A DNA stretch of 64,000 bases from Squalus acanthias (Eukaryota): assembly GCA_030390025.1 (NCBI GenBank), contig CM059431.1:139688001-139752000 (forward strand), in the 5' to 3' direction. The position numbers and the translations under genes were made by a program. Position 1 is the first letter of the stretch; each line of letters begins with the position of its first letter. The notes beneath the pieces are model-generated. The model saw nothing but the letters and a program-made list of their open reading frames with translations. It did no database searches and had not been told where the DNA came from. Of the stretch, positions 25,817 to 39,299 are shown in pieces.

Positions 25817-26499
25817 TGATAGTGTCGCCTCCTACCTCCCCCCACCCCCAGCAAGGCACAGAAATGAACAGACACAATTTAAAGTGAAACAGTGAACGTT
25901 TATTGCACCATAGACTTTTGTTATACTGTTTTGATGTTCTTCATCTTTAAATACAAATTGTTAGCTCGCTATTTTCTACTTTGTAAACATTTACAAAGAT
26001 ACATTGGTTGATAAAAAATGTAAACCGTTTAATGTGACTTTTTGGGTTTCTCAGTGCAATAAAGACTTTACATTCAAGATGAAATCTAGCTATTTTCTAA
26101 TGTTTTAAACAGTTGTAATGTTCAATTGGTTGTTAATAAAAAAAAGTTGAAAAAAGAAATAAAGTGACTGGAGGCTTTACATATAAAATGAAATGGTTAA
26201 ATACGCTATGAGTCACAAATATAAATTTCACGAAATGACACAACGCCAGCATTTAAATAACAGCAAACATTAAAAAATTGTCAGATATCCCCCTCGCATC
26301 TGTGCCTGAGGATCGAAGGAGGTGAATTGTGCAAAAGGTGGCACCCTACTGTCTCCTGCGCTTTCCCCTTCCCCGTGACTGGAGCCCTCTCAGACCAAGT
26401 GACAGGCCCCTGTGTACAATCTCTGGCCCTTCAGCAACTGGCTCGTGACAGGGTTACTGCTGCTGCTGCTGCTGCTGAAAGGCAAGATATACATGCAGA

Positions 26500-27940
26500 T
26501 TAAAGCTACCTCTACACCGTCCCATCAAACACTGCCAATTCAGGTACAACATGGGTTACATACAGTGTAAAGCATATTTAAACTGCCGATAAAATACTCC
26601 CACGACAGGTCCAGCACGGGTCACATACAGAGGAAATCTCCAATCACACTATCCCATCAAAGACGCCCACGACAGGTCCAGCACGGGGTAGATATTGAGT
26701 AAAGCTCACTCCACACTATCCCATCAAAGACTCCCACAATAGGTCCAGCACGGGGTAGATATAGAGTGAAGCTCCCTCCACACTATCCCATTAAAGACTC
26801 CCAGGTCAGGAATAGCATGGGTTACATACAGAGTAAAGCTCTCTCCACACAATCCCATCAAAGACTCAAAGGTAAGGTACAGCCCGGGTCGCATACAGAA
26901 AGCTCCCTCGACATTGTTCCATCAAAAACTCACAGGGCAAGTAGGCAGGCGTTGGATACATTGTGCCAGAAATTCGGCTCTCCGGCTTCCCGCGGGTGCA
27001 AGGATCGCGCGCATACTTACCTAGCGCGCCTGTCGTTGTGCTTCGGGCCCCCCTGGAATTCGGCTCCTGGGCCTCCTCCAGCTGCCGGCGCGCAGTGCTT
27101 GCGTATCCCAGGGGCGCAGTTAGTTCGAAGCGTCCCCTGGGATCACATGGGCCATGGAGAGCCAATCTTGCAGGGAATCTTCATTCATAGATTTTGACAG
27201 GAAGGCCTGTCAAATCTATGAATAGAGATCAGCCCCAAAACCTCACTAGAACTTCAAATAAATAAAAATAAAACTTCACATTTTTAAAAAAACTATAAAT
27301 TACATAAATTAACTATTGTAAACAAAAATTTAAATTTTTGAAAAAATTAATTACACTTTTTAACGGTGCTAAAAATAAACTTACCTTTCTTTAAAGTATG
27401 TAAAAAAGATAAACCTGTTGAAAAAATGATTAAATTGTACTTAATTCACCACTAACCTTGTTAAAAGCAGGCATTGCGCCTCCTTTTTCCCTGCGCAGCT
27501 TCTCCTTACTTACCCTCACGGAGAAACCTGAACAAAACACTGAAGTTCGCTGCGTGCACGCTGCCTCTCCATCGCACGCGTTCGACCTCTGAACCCCTTC
27601 CTTCAGGGGAACGGAAGTTCCGGTTTCCAGCGCATGCGCAGTGAATGCGCGAAACCGGCACTTCCGTTGGGTCGACGGGTGAGTACACAGCGCATACTCA
27701 CGCGTGGAGACCCGAATTTCTGGCCCAATCTCACTGTATTATCGTTCATCAAGCACAGTGAACTGAGATACAGCATGAGGTCAAAGCAGCGTACAGCTCC
27801 TCTTACACTACCCAATGAAGCTCACCATCTCACGTACAGCATGGTATGAATACAGGCCAGAAATCCCTGTACATGTAACCATCACGCACTCCCAGGTGAG
27901 GTATGGACGAGCTTTACATACCAGTGAATCCACAGTCAAA
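26500..27940. repeat. Degenerate satellite-like repeat, about 65-bp unit (gatacagagtaaagctccctctacactatcccatcaaa...), split by a MITE
   Basis: Recurrent units at 26500-26960 and 27730-27940. Confidence 0.75.
26963..27726. mobile_element. Non-autonomous TIR element (MITE, Harbinger-like ends)
   Basis: TIRs gtgccagaaattcggctctcc / ggagacccgaatttctggccc (21 bp, 2 mismatches); GC-rich ends, AT-rich middle. Confidence 0.85.
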
Positions 27941-28261
27941 TTATCGCATCAAATACAGAGCCTTTTGCCAAAAATTAAACGGCACCCAATAGCTTGTTAA
28001 AATATCACCTTCAAAAAATCCTGTACTGATGGGATTCTCAGCCTTTCCAATCATTGATGAAGCTTCCTGTTTTATGCCGTCTTGTCCAGTGTGAGTTTTG
28101 GTCACACCAGGTCTGTTCTGTGAAACCAGCGAGCTTTTTCTAGTCCCAGTTAGTTCATAAAATCAGCGTCAGTTCTTGACATTATCGGCCCGCACCACAG
28201 AAAACACTCCTGACCCCGCAAAAGTGGCAGGAAATCCCCCTTAGAGAGACCACATTGGCAC

Positions 28262-28629
28262 GGGTGTGGGGATTAAATCCATGTTGTACTGGGAGTCTCT
28301 CTGAGTCTGTTGCTGAGGTCCATGTGCTGCCTTTGGCCGATACTACAATGGGGCTGGTGTGGGGATTAAATCCATGTTGTACTGGGAGTTTCTCTGAGTC
28401 TGTTGCTGAGGCCCATGTGCTGTCTTTGGCCGATACTACAATGGGTCTGGTGTGGGGAATGAAACCATGTTGTATTGGGAGTCTCTCTGAGTCTGTTGCT
28501 GAGGCCCATGTGCTGCCTTTGGCCGATACTACAATGGGGCTGGTGTGGGGAATGAAACCATGTTGTACTTGGAGTCTCTCTGAGTCTGTTGCTGAGGCCC
28601 ATGTGCTCCCTTTGGCCGACACTACAATG
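28262..28629. repeat. 93-bp tandem repeat, about 4 copies
   Basis: 'gtgtgggga' recurs at 28264, 28357, 28450 and 28543. Confidence 0.95.
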
Positions 28630-29521
28630 CCGTCCCAGCACAGTGTTAGAGTTTGAAAATGACACCCCGGGAGATGCTGGGTAGATTCAGATTATTGCAG
28701 AATGATTGAAACCAAATGAACTCAGAAAGTCCACCAGTGGGTGAAAGCCCTTTGCTCCGGGCTGTAAAAGCCAACATTCCCCTGTCGGAATCACGGGCCA
28801 TGGTGGGAGCGGCTCGGCTTTGCTCAGAGTGGCCGGAGATCAGTGAATTCGGCGAAGAGGATCTGAGACACATTGATGCTGGGGCTGAATTTCCATCAAT
28901 CGACACTGGACCTCAAGGTCCCATTCAGCTGTGGACAGACTCCAAGAGCTGTGCCCATGGGTCGGGGATTTCTGGGACTATCGCTTTGTGTCCGGAATGG
29001 TCTGTCTGGAATGTTTCCTCTCTTTAATGAGCCAGGAAAGAATCCTTTAGTACCTTGCACTCCCTCCATGGTCTGTGGGATCGACAGCCCGATCCTCTGC
29101 TGGGATCCAGTGCGTCGTCTCACGGGAGCAGTCACTACCTTCAAGGCCTTTCTCACAGTTTTACTCCTGTGTCCTCTGCCCCATGGGTTTAACTCTATGA
29201 AAAGTAAGTTCAGGAATCGAATCCTTTTTAATCAGTAGTATTTCTCTATTTGGAGTTCCAGCTCCTACTCACTCCCCTAGTTTACCAGGAGTTCACTGAT
29301 CAGATGTCCATTCATTTCTTTGCGATAGTTGTTATTTCCACCATCCTGTGATCCCCTGGTCTGCAGCAGAGGTCGCGGTTTGTGGTTATAATGCTTTGTG
29401 TCTCAGCTGAATATTATGTTTGAATTTATATCTTTCCATTAATTGTTTGTAATTTATATTGAATACAGCTGACATTGGATGCCGCTCCCGAGATCCCCCT
29501 CGCCAATTAAACCGATTAGAT

Positions 29522-29882
29522 TAAATTATGTACAAAATTATGAGGGGCATAGATAGGGTAGATAGAAAGGAACTTTTCCCCTTAGTAGAGGGGTCAATAA
29601 CCAGGGGGCATAGTTTCAAGGTAAGGGGCAGGAGGTTTAGAGGGGATTTGAGGAAAAACTTTTTCACCCAGAGGGTGGTTGGAATCTGGAACTCACTGCC
29701 TGAAAGGGTGGTAGAGGCAGGAAATCTCACACATTCAAGAAGTATTTAGATGAGCACTTGAAACACCACAGCTTACAAGGCTACGGACCAAGTGCTGGAA
29801 AATGGGATTAGAATAGACAGGGCTTGATGGCCGGCACGGACACGATGGGCCGAAGGGCCTCTTTCTGTGCTGTATGACTCTA
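29522..29882 (+). mobile_element. CR1 3' fragment
   Basis: YKIMRGIDRVD...TRGH...FFTQRVVGIWNSLP followed by a CR1 3' UTR. Confidence 0.9.
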
Positions 29883-30587
29883 AATGTAAAATTCCATCGA
29901 TTGCTCCCTGGGGCCGCTGTAGTAACTCATCAAATTGGCTCGGTGCATCACATGGTCCCAGCCTCATGGCGGGATGGTTTCAGCGCTCCACTCTGCAATG
30001 GAATGTGTGTTTGGGTGTATGTAAGGCAATCCGCGTCTTTATTGACTATCCAATATGAACAAGTTACAGAACCAGCCAAGGTTGCCCTTTAAGGGTCCTT
30101 TATCTGTAACTGTACCGTCCTTGCGAGCTAATCCGGCTTGACCTGGACCGCACAGTTAGACTGTGAATGGAGGCTCAGTCCAGTGTCAGGGGCGATAGTG
30201 ATTGAAATGACAATCGGGGAGATGTATGATGGACGGCTGATCCAGTGTCGCCGGTTTTATATTATCGCACAAAGTTAATATCCTCCTATACCAGTGCCTG
30301 GGTGCCTGTGGCATTGGGGATCGCTCTCCGTGTCCATTCCCGATACTGAATCCGAGCGATCCTCCTCCCCGTGCCGCCTGGACAACGTCTGACTTAAGTG
30401 TGGTGGAAGGATGGTCATTTTCAGTCCCTCTACAGTGAGTGTAGAATCATGAATTTCTTTTGAACAAAATGTCAACATGTCGCTCACCTATATTAAAAAT
30501 AAAAGGAACACATCTCAACATTTCCCCACAATAAGCTGTGAGATTTATCCGAGTGTCCCCGTTGCTGACCTCGTCTCTTTCTCAGAG

Positions 30588-31462
30588 CGAACCAACTGAC
30601 AATGGTGATTCTCTCCGCAGGAAACTGTGGCCTTTCCAAGTGTATCTCTGTCTACTTGGTGGCCATGGCAACAGCAGATCTACTGGTCCTGATCCTCAAT
30701 GTAATAGGGTATCACATTTGTACAAATCACTTTCCACATTCCTTCCTGTCCTACACTGCCGTTTGTAAGATCATTATTTACATCCATTCTACCAGCCTAG
30801 ATATGTCGGTGTGGTTTACAATCTGGTTCACAGTTGACCGATTTGTAAAACAAATTATTGCAGAGTGAGAACTGCGGCTGTGGCCATAACAACGGTCTGT
30901 GTCCTGATCTATTTACAAAGCATTCCAGATTTGATTGTCTATAAACTTGATCGAATAAATAACAATATTCATTGGGGTTGTTTCCCCGGACTGGACTATT
31001 TTTCATCGCCTGCAGGTGTCGTGTTCTCCCGGTTACAAGGTATTTCAACGATGTGGATTCCTTTTTCTTTGATATTACTCTTTAATTGTTTGACAATCAG
31101 ACGTATTTGAGTGGCCAGTAGAGCCCGCAGGAGACTCCGTGGTCACAGCAGTGAGAATCAGAGCGATCCAGAGATGGAAAGCCAAAGGAAATCCATCATT
31201 TTACTGTTCACTGTATCGGGCAGTTTTATAGTGTTGAGGCTGACAGCTGTCGTTAGTTTTTTAACTACCAGACTGACAAACACCGCGCACTACCGAGGCA
31301 ATTATACAGTTCCTGTACACATCGCCACTGAAACCGGATATAAGCTCTTGAGTTCCTGTTTAAATAACGCGTATTTATGCAGCTACACAAAATAAATTCA
31401 GAGAAGAGCTGAAGAAGGTGGTGAAATCTCCTTGGACATTGATTCTGATATTGGTTAAATAA
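30588..31462 (+). pseudogene. GPR139-like GPCR main exon, pseudogenised (deletions, frameshifts, stop); possible decayed exon 1 at about 30228-30309
   Basis: ag|(A)NQLTMVILSAGNCGLSKCISVYLVAMATADLLVLI...SVWFTIWFTVDRFV...WIPFSLILLFNCLTIRRI*VASRARR...KSIILLFTVSGSF...FREELKK. Confidence 0.9.
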
Positions 31463-31874
31463 ATGTAACATTAAGCCAAGGCTTCCTGTCTTTGCTAAAG
31501 TTCAATTACAGCCCGTGTTCTATTTTGGAATGGCCGTCTTTCTGTTGAGACGAAAGCCGATTGTTTTTGTGAAAATGAACAGGAATCAGAAAACATTTCC
31601 TCCACTTTGTGCCGGGTGTTTGATGTCTGCTGCTTTCCCCGGGAGAACATAATCGATTCCCGCTAAAACAGCGCCCTTCCCGCTCAATATTGAAAGAGAT
31701 TTCCTATCAATGCAAGTTGTTGTTGTAGTGTAATTGATCAGAGATTGTTTGCTGAGCTCAGTCAATAACACAAGTTGTTGTAGTGTAATTGATCAGAGAT
31801 TGTTTGCTGAGCTCAGTAATTGATCTGAGATTGTTTGCTGAGCTCAGTCAATAACTCCATTATCAACAATAACA

Positions 31875-32540
31875 AGATGTTAATGAGGCAGGTTAATAAG
31901 GCCAGAAAAAGCAAACCAAGCACTCGTGCATATTTCTAGAGGAATAGAGTTGCAAAACAGCTATGTTATATTAAATTTGTATCGAACCTTGGTTAGACCA
32001 CACTTGGAGAACTGCGCACACTTCCGGTCTCCATATTATAAACAAGCATATAAAGACAATGGAGAAGGTGTAAATAAAGATTTACTGGGATGATACCAGA
32101 ACTGACAGTGTATAACTATCAGGAAAGCTTTCCCTAGAAAAGGAAAGGCTGAGGGGTGACCTGATAGAGGTCTTTAAGATTATGAAAGGGTTTCATTGGT
32201 CGACGTAGGGAAGCTGTTTCCACTTGCGGGGGAGACTGGAACTAGGGACCATAAATAAAGGATAGTCACTAATAAATCCAATAGGGAGTTCAGGAGAAAC
32301 TCCTTTACCCAGAGAGTGGTGGGAATGTGGAACTCGCTACCACATGGAGTAGTTTACGCGAATAACAGATGTATTTAATGGGAAGCTGGATAGGCACATA
32401 TGGGAGAAAGAGATGGAAGGATATGTTGATGGGGTTCGAGGAAGAGGGGTGGAAGGAGGCTCGTGGGGAGCATAAACACCAGCATGAACCTGTTGGGCCG
32501 AATGGCCTGTTTCTCTGCTGTAAATGCTACGTAATACTCT
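31875..32540 (+). mobile_element. CR1 3' fragment (degenerate)
   Basis: LVRPHLE-like, FTQRVVGMWNSLP, CR1 3' UTR. Confidence 0.85.
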
Positions 32541-33419
32541 GAAAGAACATTCATAACTGAGTTTCAGCAGTGGAGTAGAACATGTGGGCATCAGCGTTAA
32601 CTGCCTCACACCGCAGGTACTGGAATGAGTCGCTCAGTTTAATTAATAGTTAAAGTTTTCTTTAGTGTCGAAACAATGTGTTACAATGGTGGTTAGTTGT
32701 TATTTGAATTTTAACTTTTATAAAATTAGGCAATACAGAATTATATCGATTCCCACGTAGCGGGAGTGAGAGCAATGTATAAAACGAGCTGTTTGTAATG
32801 AGTCTTTGAAATTTTAAAAGCCTAAGATACTGAGCTCAGAACTGTTAACTTTTGACTCCATCACCAACAACCATCATCAGATGTGGCTGTAATTTGTGCC
32901 TTTTAAGTGTGTGTTTAATACTATTGCATGTACCGCGTGCTGAATAAACCGATGACACCTCACTACAAATTACAACCTTATTGAAAACCTTACTCTAACA
33001 ATAGCCTCAGTACTTTAAATGTGAATGGGCTTCATTTATTAATTGTGATGAAGGGCGCCCTTTACCCGTCACTTTCGAACGTCCCGGATCATCCTGAGTT
33101 TATCCAAAAGCCAAACGCCACATGGTTTCATTCCCCGTGGACCCCAAACTCTAAAAATCAGCTGTCATCCAGCTCCTGTGGGAAGTGATGGTGAGTTCTG
33201 GACTATTCTGTTTAAGAGGCACGTTCACATTTCACTGGATTGAGCTGACCAACTCTATTTAAGGCACGAGTCAGATAGCAAGCAGGGATTTTAATTCCAT
33301 CAGTCAGCGATGCATCTCAACCCAGCTCCAATCGTGAGAATGCGATGTGTAATCAACCACATCATCTAATATCAACATGTAAAATAGAAAGCAAAGGCAT
33401 GAACAAGTTAACCATTGGT

Positions 33420-36200
33420 GTTCAGGAAAGACAGGGAAGGAAACAAAGGAGGTGGGGTTGCAGTATTGATTAAGGAGAATATTACAGTGCTGGAGAGAAA
33501 GGATGTCCTGAAGGGGTCAAGGACAGAATCTATTTGGTTAGAGTTAAAAAAAACAGTAGAGGTGCCATTACACTAATAGAAAGAAAGAAAAAATGACTTG
33601 CATATATATATAACGCCTTTCATGACCACTGGATGTCTCAAAGCGCTTTACAGCCAATGAAGTACTTTTGGATTGTAGTCACTGTTGTAATATGGGATAA
33701 CTAGGTGTATTCTATAGGCCACCAACTAGAGGGAAGTATATAGAGCAGAAAATTAGCAAGGAAATTTTAGAGAGGTGCAAGTACTATAGAATAGTGATAA
33801 TGGGGACTTCAATTATCCTAATATAGACTGGGATAGTAATAGTGTAAAGGTCAGAGAGGGGGAAGAATTTATGAAGTGTGTTCTTTCTTGATCAGTACGA
33901 TTCTGTCTCAAGGAGGAAGTAGGCATTGCTGGATCTGGTCCTGGGGAAGGAGATGGGTCAAGTGGAACAATTGACAGTAGGGGCATATTTAGGGAACAGA
34001 GAACTTAGAATCATAAAGTTTAGATTAGCTATGGAAAAGGACAGGGAGCAAGCTAAAGTGAAATAGCAAATTGGTGGAAGGGCAATTTCAGTGGGGTGGG
34101 AATGGATCTGGCCCGGTTAAATTGGAATCAAAGATTAGCAGGCCAAACTGTAATTTAAAGAGGAGAATGTTCGGGTATAGTCGAGGTACATTCCACGAGA
34201 GGGAGAGGTAGGGTAACTAAAATCAGAGCTCCATGGATGATGAAAGAGATAGAGAGTAAGATGAAGCAGAAAAAGAGCCCGTATGACAGATGTTGGTTGA
34301 GAATATAAGTGATAATCAGGCTGAATATAGAAAGTTCAGAGGGAAAGTGAAAAAGGAAATAAGAGGGGCAAAGAGAGCGTGTGAGAAACACTGGCAGCTA
34401 ACATTAAAGGGAATCAAAACGTCTTCTGTAGGCATATAAATAGTAAACGGGTAGTAAGTGGAATGGTGGGTGCGATTAGGGATCAAAAAGAAGAACTACA
34501 CATGGAGGCAGAGGGTATGGCTGACGTACTAAATGAGAACTTTGCATCTGTCTTTACAAAGAAAGAAGATGCTGCCAATGTCATAGCGAAAGAGGAGGTA
34601 GTTGAGATACTGAATGGGATAAAAATTGATAAAGTGGAGGTGCTAGAAAGGCTAGCTGTAATTAAAGTAGATACGTCACCATGACCGGATGGGATGCATC
34701 CTAGGATGCTGAGGGAAGTAATGGTGGAAATTGCGGAGGTCCTGGCCATAATCTTCCAATCCTCCATAGATACGGGGGTGGTGCCAGAGGACTGGAGAAT
34801 TGCAAATGTTACACCTTTGTTCAAGAAAGGGTGTAAGGATAAACCCAGCAACTACAGGCCAGTCAGTTTAACCTCGGTAGTGGGGAAAATTTTAGAAACG
34901 ACAAACTCAACAGGACAAGTGTGGATTAATTAAGGAAAGCCAGCACGGATTTGTTAAAGGCAAATCGTGTTTAACTAAATTGATTGAGTTTTTTGATGAG
35001 GTAACAGAGAGGGTTGATGAAGGCAATGCGGTTGATGTGGTGTACATGGACTTCCAAAAGGCATTTGATACGGTGCAACATAATAGTCTTGTCAGCAAAG
35101 TTGAAGCCCATGGAATAAACGGGCAGTGGCAGCAAGGATCCGAAATTGGCTAAGTGACAGTAAACAGAGAGTAGTGGTGAACGGTTGCTTTTAGGACTGG
35201 AGGAAGGTACACAGTGGTGTTCCCCAGGGGTCAATACTAGGATCACTGTTTTTCTTGATATATATTAATGATTTGGATTTGGGTATACAGGGCACAATTT
35301 CAAAATCGGAAGGTGACACAAAACCTGGAAGTATAGTGAACAGTGAGGATAGTGAATGACTTCAAGAGGAGAGCAGGCAAGCTGCTGGAATGGGCGGACA
35401 CACAGCAGATGGAAATTTAATGCAGAAAAGTGTCAAGTGATACATTTTGATAGGAAGAATGAGGAGAGGCAATATAAACTGAAGGGTACAATTCTAAAGG
35501 GGCTGCATCATCCTGGGGGTATATGGGCACAAATCGTTGAAGGTGGCAGGGCAGGTTGAGAAAGCGATTAAAAAGCTTACAGGATCCTGGGATCATAAAT
35601 AGAGGTATAGAGTACAAAAGCAAGGAAATTATGATGAACCTTTATTAAACACTGGTCCGACCTCAACTGGAGTATTGTGTCCAATTCTGGGCACCACACT
35701 TTAGGAAGGACGTGAATGCCTTAGAGAGGGTGCAGAAAAGATTTACAAGAATGGTTCCTGGGATGAGGGACTCCAGTTATGTGGATAGACTGGAGAAGCT
35801 GGGATTGTTCTTCTTATAGCAGAGAAGGTTGAGAGGAGACTTGATAGAGGTGTTCAAAATCATGAGGGGTCTAGACACAGCAGATAGAGAGTAACTGTTC
35901 TCATTTGTGGATGGGTCGAGAACAAGAGGACACAGATTTAAGTTGATCGGTAGAAGAACCAACGGCCACATGAGGAAAATCTTTTTTACGCAGTGAGTGG
36001 TTAGGATCTGGAATGCACTGCCTGAAATGGTGGTCGAGGCAGATTCAATCGTGAATTTCAAAAGGGAAATAGATAAGTATCTGAAGGAAAAATCTGCAGG
36101 GCCAGGGGGTAAGGGCAAGGGAGTGGGTCTAGCTGAAGTGCTCTTGCAGAGAGCCAGCACGGGATCCACGGGCTGAATGGCCTCCTCGTGTATTATACCC
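33420..36200 (+). mobile_element. Degenerate CR1 ORF2, containing a SINE tail fragment at about 33578-33695
   Basis: APE and RT motifs (YRPP, MGDFN, HPRML, NYRPVSLTS, DFQKAFD, LEYCVQFW) with many stops. Confidence 0.92.
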
Positions 36201-36719
36201 TTTATTTGATTGGATGATTCTGAGGTTCAACAGCTTAATATCAGTTTACAGGGAAATTTCTTCACTTTCTAGGGAGAGGGGATATTCCCAGACAGGGAAT
36301 ACACGCAGGGGAGTTTGGAGCAGTGGAGGGAGGGAGGGAGTGGAGAAGTTGGGGAAGGAGTCCATCCCACGTCACACTGGCTCCTTCCAGACCTGTCCGT
36401 GTGGTCTGGTGTGAGCTGTGGGTAGAATTGATCTGTTTCCCTGGGGGCTGTTCTTGGCCCAGCCCTGTGTCGGGGGCCTGCGAGTGGAATCGGTCTTTAG
36501 GACTATTTCAAACTGCAGTAATATTCACGACAAATACTGAGGTTTCAAATCAACAAACAGGAACCTGGAATGTTCCAGGACAAAGCAGTCCGGTCCTGGA
36601 CAGGATTAGCCCGGATGAACATGAGAATGGGCAGAAACACAGGGCGTGCAAGAGCGATAAACCAACATGTCAAGGGCTATGGGGAGGAGCTCCAGCCTGC
36701 AGTTTACAACCTGTTCACC

Positions 36720-37225
36720 TGGGTGGGTGGGTCCCAGTGTGGGGTGTTTCTCGATTGGTGGGTCTTTGGGTGAGGTGGTCTCTGGGTGGGTCTCTCCAAG
36801 TGTGGGGTGTTTCTCGGTTGGTGTGAGGTGGCCTCTGGGTGGGTCTCTCCCAGTGTGGGGTGTGTCTCGGTTGATGTGTCGTTGGGTAGGGGTGGTCTCT
36901 GGGTGGGTCTCTCCCAGTGTAGGGTGTGGCTTGGTTGGTGGGTCTTTAGGTGGGGTGGTCTCTCCCAGTGTGGGGTGTTTCTCGATTGGTGGGTCCCTGG
37001 GTGGGTGGGTCTTTAGGTGGGGTGGTCTCTCCCAGTGTAGGGTGTGGCTCGGTTGGTGGGTCTTTGGGTGAGGTGGTCTCTGGGTGGGTCTCTCCCAGTG
37101 TGCGGTGTGGCTCGGTTGATGTGTCTTTGGTTGGTGGGTCTTTACGTGTGGTGGTCTCTGGGTGTGTCTTTCCCAGTGTGGGATGTGTCTCGGTTGGTGG
37201 GTCCCTGGGTGGGTGGGTTCCTGTG
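36720..37225. repeat. G/T-rich degenerate minisatellite, about 50-65-bp unit
   Basis: Recurrent 'gggtgggtctctcccagtgtggggtgt'. Confidence 0.9.
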
Positions 37226-37596
37226 TGGAGTGGGTATGTCCCAGGGTGGGGGCCCCAAGGGTGGGGGAGTCTCACTCCAAACCACCCCCCTCTCTGGAGG
37301 AAAAACCTCTATCTTGTTTCTCCTGTGTGTCTTCAATGTCTTTCTTGTCTCTCAATCTTTTACTCTCCAGTTTTGCTGGTTTATAACTGGGATTGGCTGG
37401 TAAATGGTGCTGCTGAGAGATTGTCCATATAACTGAGTGAGGGAGAGGGAACCTGGACCGGTGCTGTGTATTTACTAATTGTACTTTGTTTTACTCAATT
37501 TATTTTCGCCCTCTTCTGAGGAATATTTATTGAAAACTGCAACGAGAAAATTCAGGGAAAGACAGTTTGGGGAAAAGTATTCTTGGACAAGATTTA

Positions 37597-38998
37597 CCTC
37601 CAGAGGAGACTGATCGAGACCTCCTCCAGAGGGTACCGACCGAGACCTTCTCCAGAGGGGACTGACCGAGACCTTCTCCAGAGGTGATTGACCGAGACCT
37701 TCTCCAGAGGTGATTGACCGAGACCTCCTCCAGAGGAGACTGACCGAAACTTCCTCCAGAGGAGACTGACCGAGACCTCCTCCAGAGACTGACCGAGACC
37801 TCCTCCAGGTGAGACTGACCGAGACCTCCTCCAGAGGTGACTGACCGAGACCTCCTCCAGAGACTGACCGAGACCTCCTCCAGGTGAGACTGACCGAGAC
37901 CTTCTCCAGAGGGGACTGACCGAGACCTTCTCCAGAGGTGATTGACCGAGACCTTCTCCAGAGGTGATTGACCGAGACCTTCTCCAGAGGAGACTGACCG
38001 AAACTTCCTCCAGGTGAGACTGACCGAAACCTCCTCCAGGTGAGACTGACCGAGACCTCCTCCAGAGGTGACTGACCGAGACCCTCTCCAGAGACTGACC
38101 GAAACTTCCTCCAGAGGAGACTGACCGAAACCTCCTCCAGGTGAGACTGACCGAGACCTCCTCCAGAGGTGACTGACCGAGACCCTCTCCAGAGACTGAC
38201 CGAGACCTCCTCCAGAGGTGACTGACCGAGACCCTCTCCAGAGACTGACCGAAACTTCCTCCAGAGGAGACTGACCGAGACCTTCTCCAGGTAGATGACC
38301 GAGACCTTCTCCAGAGGTGAGACATACGACGAGAACCCTCCCAGAGGAGACTGACCGAGACCTCCTCCAGAGAGCTGACCGAGACCTCCTCAAGAGGGGA
38401 CTGACCGAGACCTCCTCCAGAGGAGACTGACCGAGACCTCCTCCAGAGGGTCTGACCGAGACCCTCCAGAGACTGACCGAGACCTCTCCACAGACTGACC
38501 GAAGACTCCTCCAGAGGGGACTGACCGAGACCTCCTCCAGAGGGTGAGACCTGACAGACTGATAGAGACCTCCTCCAGAGGTACCGATAGAGACCTCCTC
38601 CAGAGGTGACCTGACCGAGACCTCCTCCAGAGGGGACTGACCGAGACCTCCTCCAGAGGGGACTGACCGAGACCTCCTCCAGAGGGGACTGACCGAGACC
38701 TCCTCCAGAGGTGACTGACCGAGACCTCCTCCAGAGGGGACTGACCGAGACCTCCTCCAGAGGTGACTGACCGAGACCTCCTCCAGAGGAGACTGACCGA
38801 GACCTCCTCCAGAGGAGACTGACCGAGACCTCCTCCAGAGGAGACTGACCGAGACCTCCTCCAGAGGAGACTGACCGAGACCTCCTCCAGAGGAGACTGA
38901 CCGAGACCTCCTCCAGAGGAGACTGACCGAGACCTCCTCCAGAGGTGACTGACCGAGACCTCCTCCAGGTGAGACTGACCGAGACCTCCTCCAGAGGT
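37597..38998. repeat. 26-bp minisatellite (cctccagaggagactgaccgagacct)n with length variants
   Basis: Direct observation. Confidence 0.97.
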
Positions 38999-39299
38999 TG
39001 TACCCAGTAGGGCCCACCTGAGTTCTGTCTTTTTATTACCTGGGGTTCAATTTCCTCTCTGGGCCCTGGTCAGGTTAAGAAGTTCCTGTTCGATTGTGCC
39101 GTTCTGTGTTAAAAAGGTTAAAGGCTGGGTTAAAGTAGCCCGGCCTGCAATGTGACGAAAACATGTTAACTTGGTGCATGAACAACAGGGGCTGAGTCTC
39201 AATTAAAGTCGGTAAAGTGACCCCGTGGATGGAGATTTCAATATAATGTTTGTGTTTCGGAGCGATGCGACAACTTTGAGGGGACATGGAGGCCATTTG

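Noticed and set aside
28182..28665. 31-aa repeat protein
   Set aside because: 93-bp tandem repeat open on both strands; no supporting splice or start signals
28650..29350. Possible host coding exons
   Set aside because: Stops in all frames; the minus strand weakly resembles a decayed CR1 ORF1 (ELELQIE...RFLNLLF), too weak to call
31715..31855. Short triplicated segment as a regulatory array
   Set aside because: Simple local slippage duplication of about 35-60 bp with no other signal
37527..39017. 496-aa RS-rich ORF or CRISPR-like array
   Set aside because: Head-to-tail 26-bp minisatellite with no unique spacers, in a eukaryotic context
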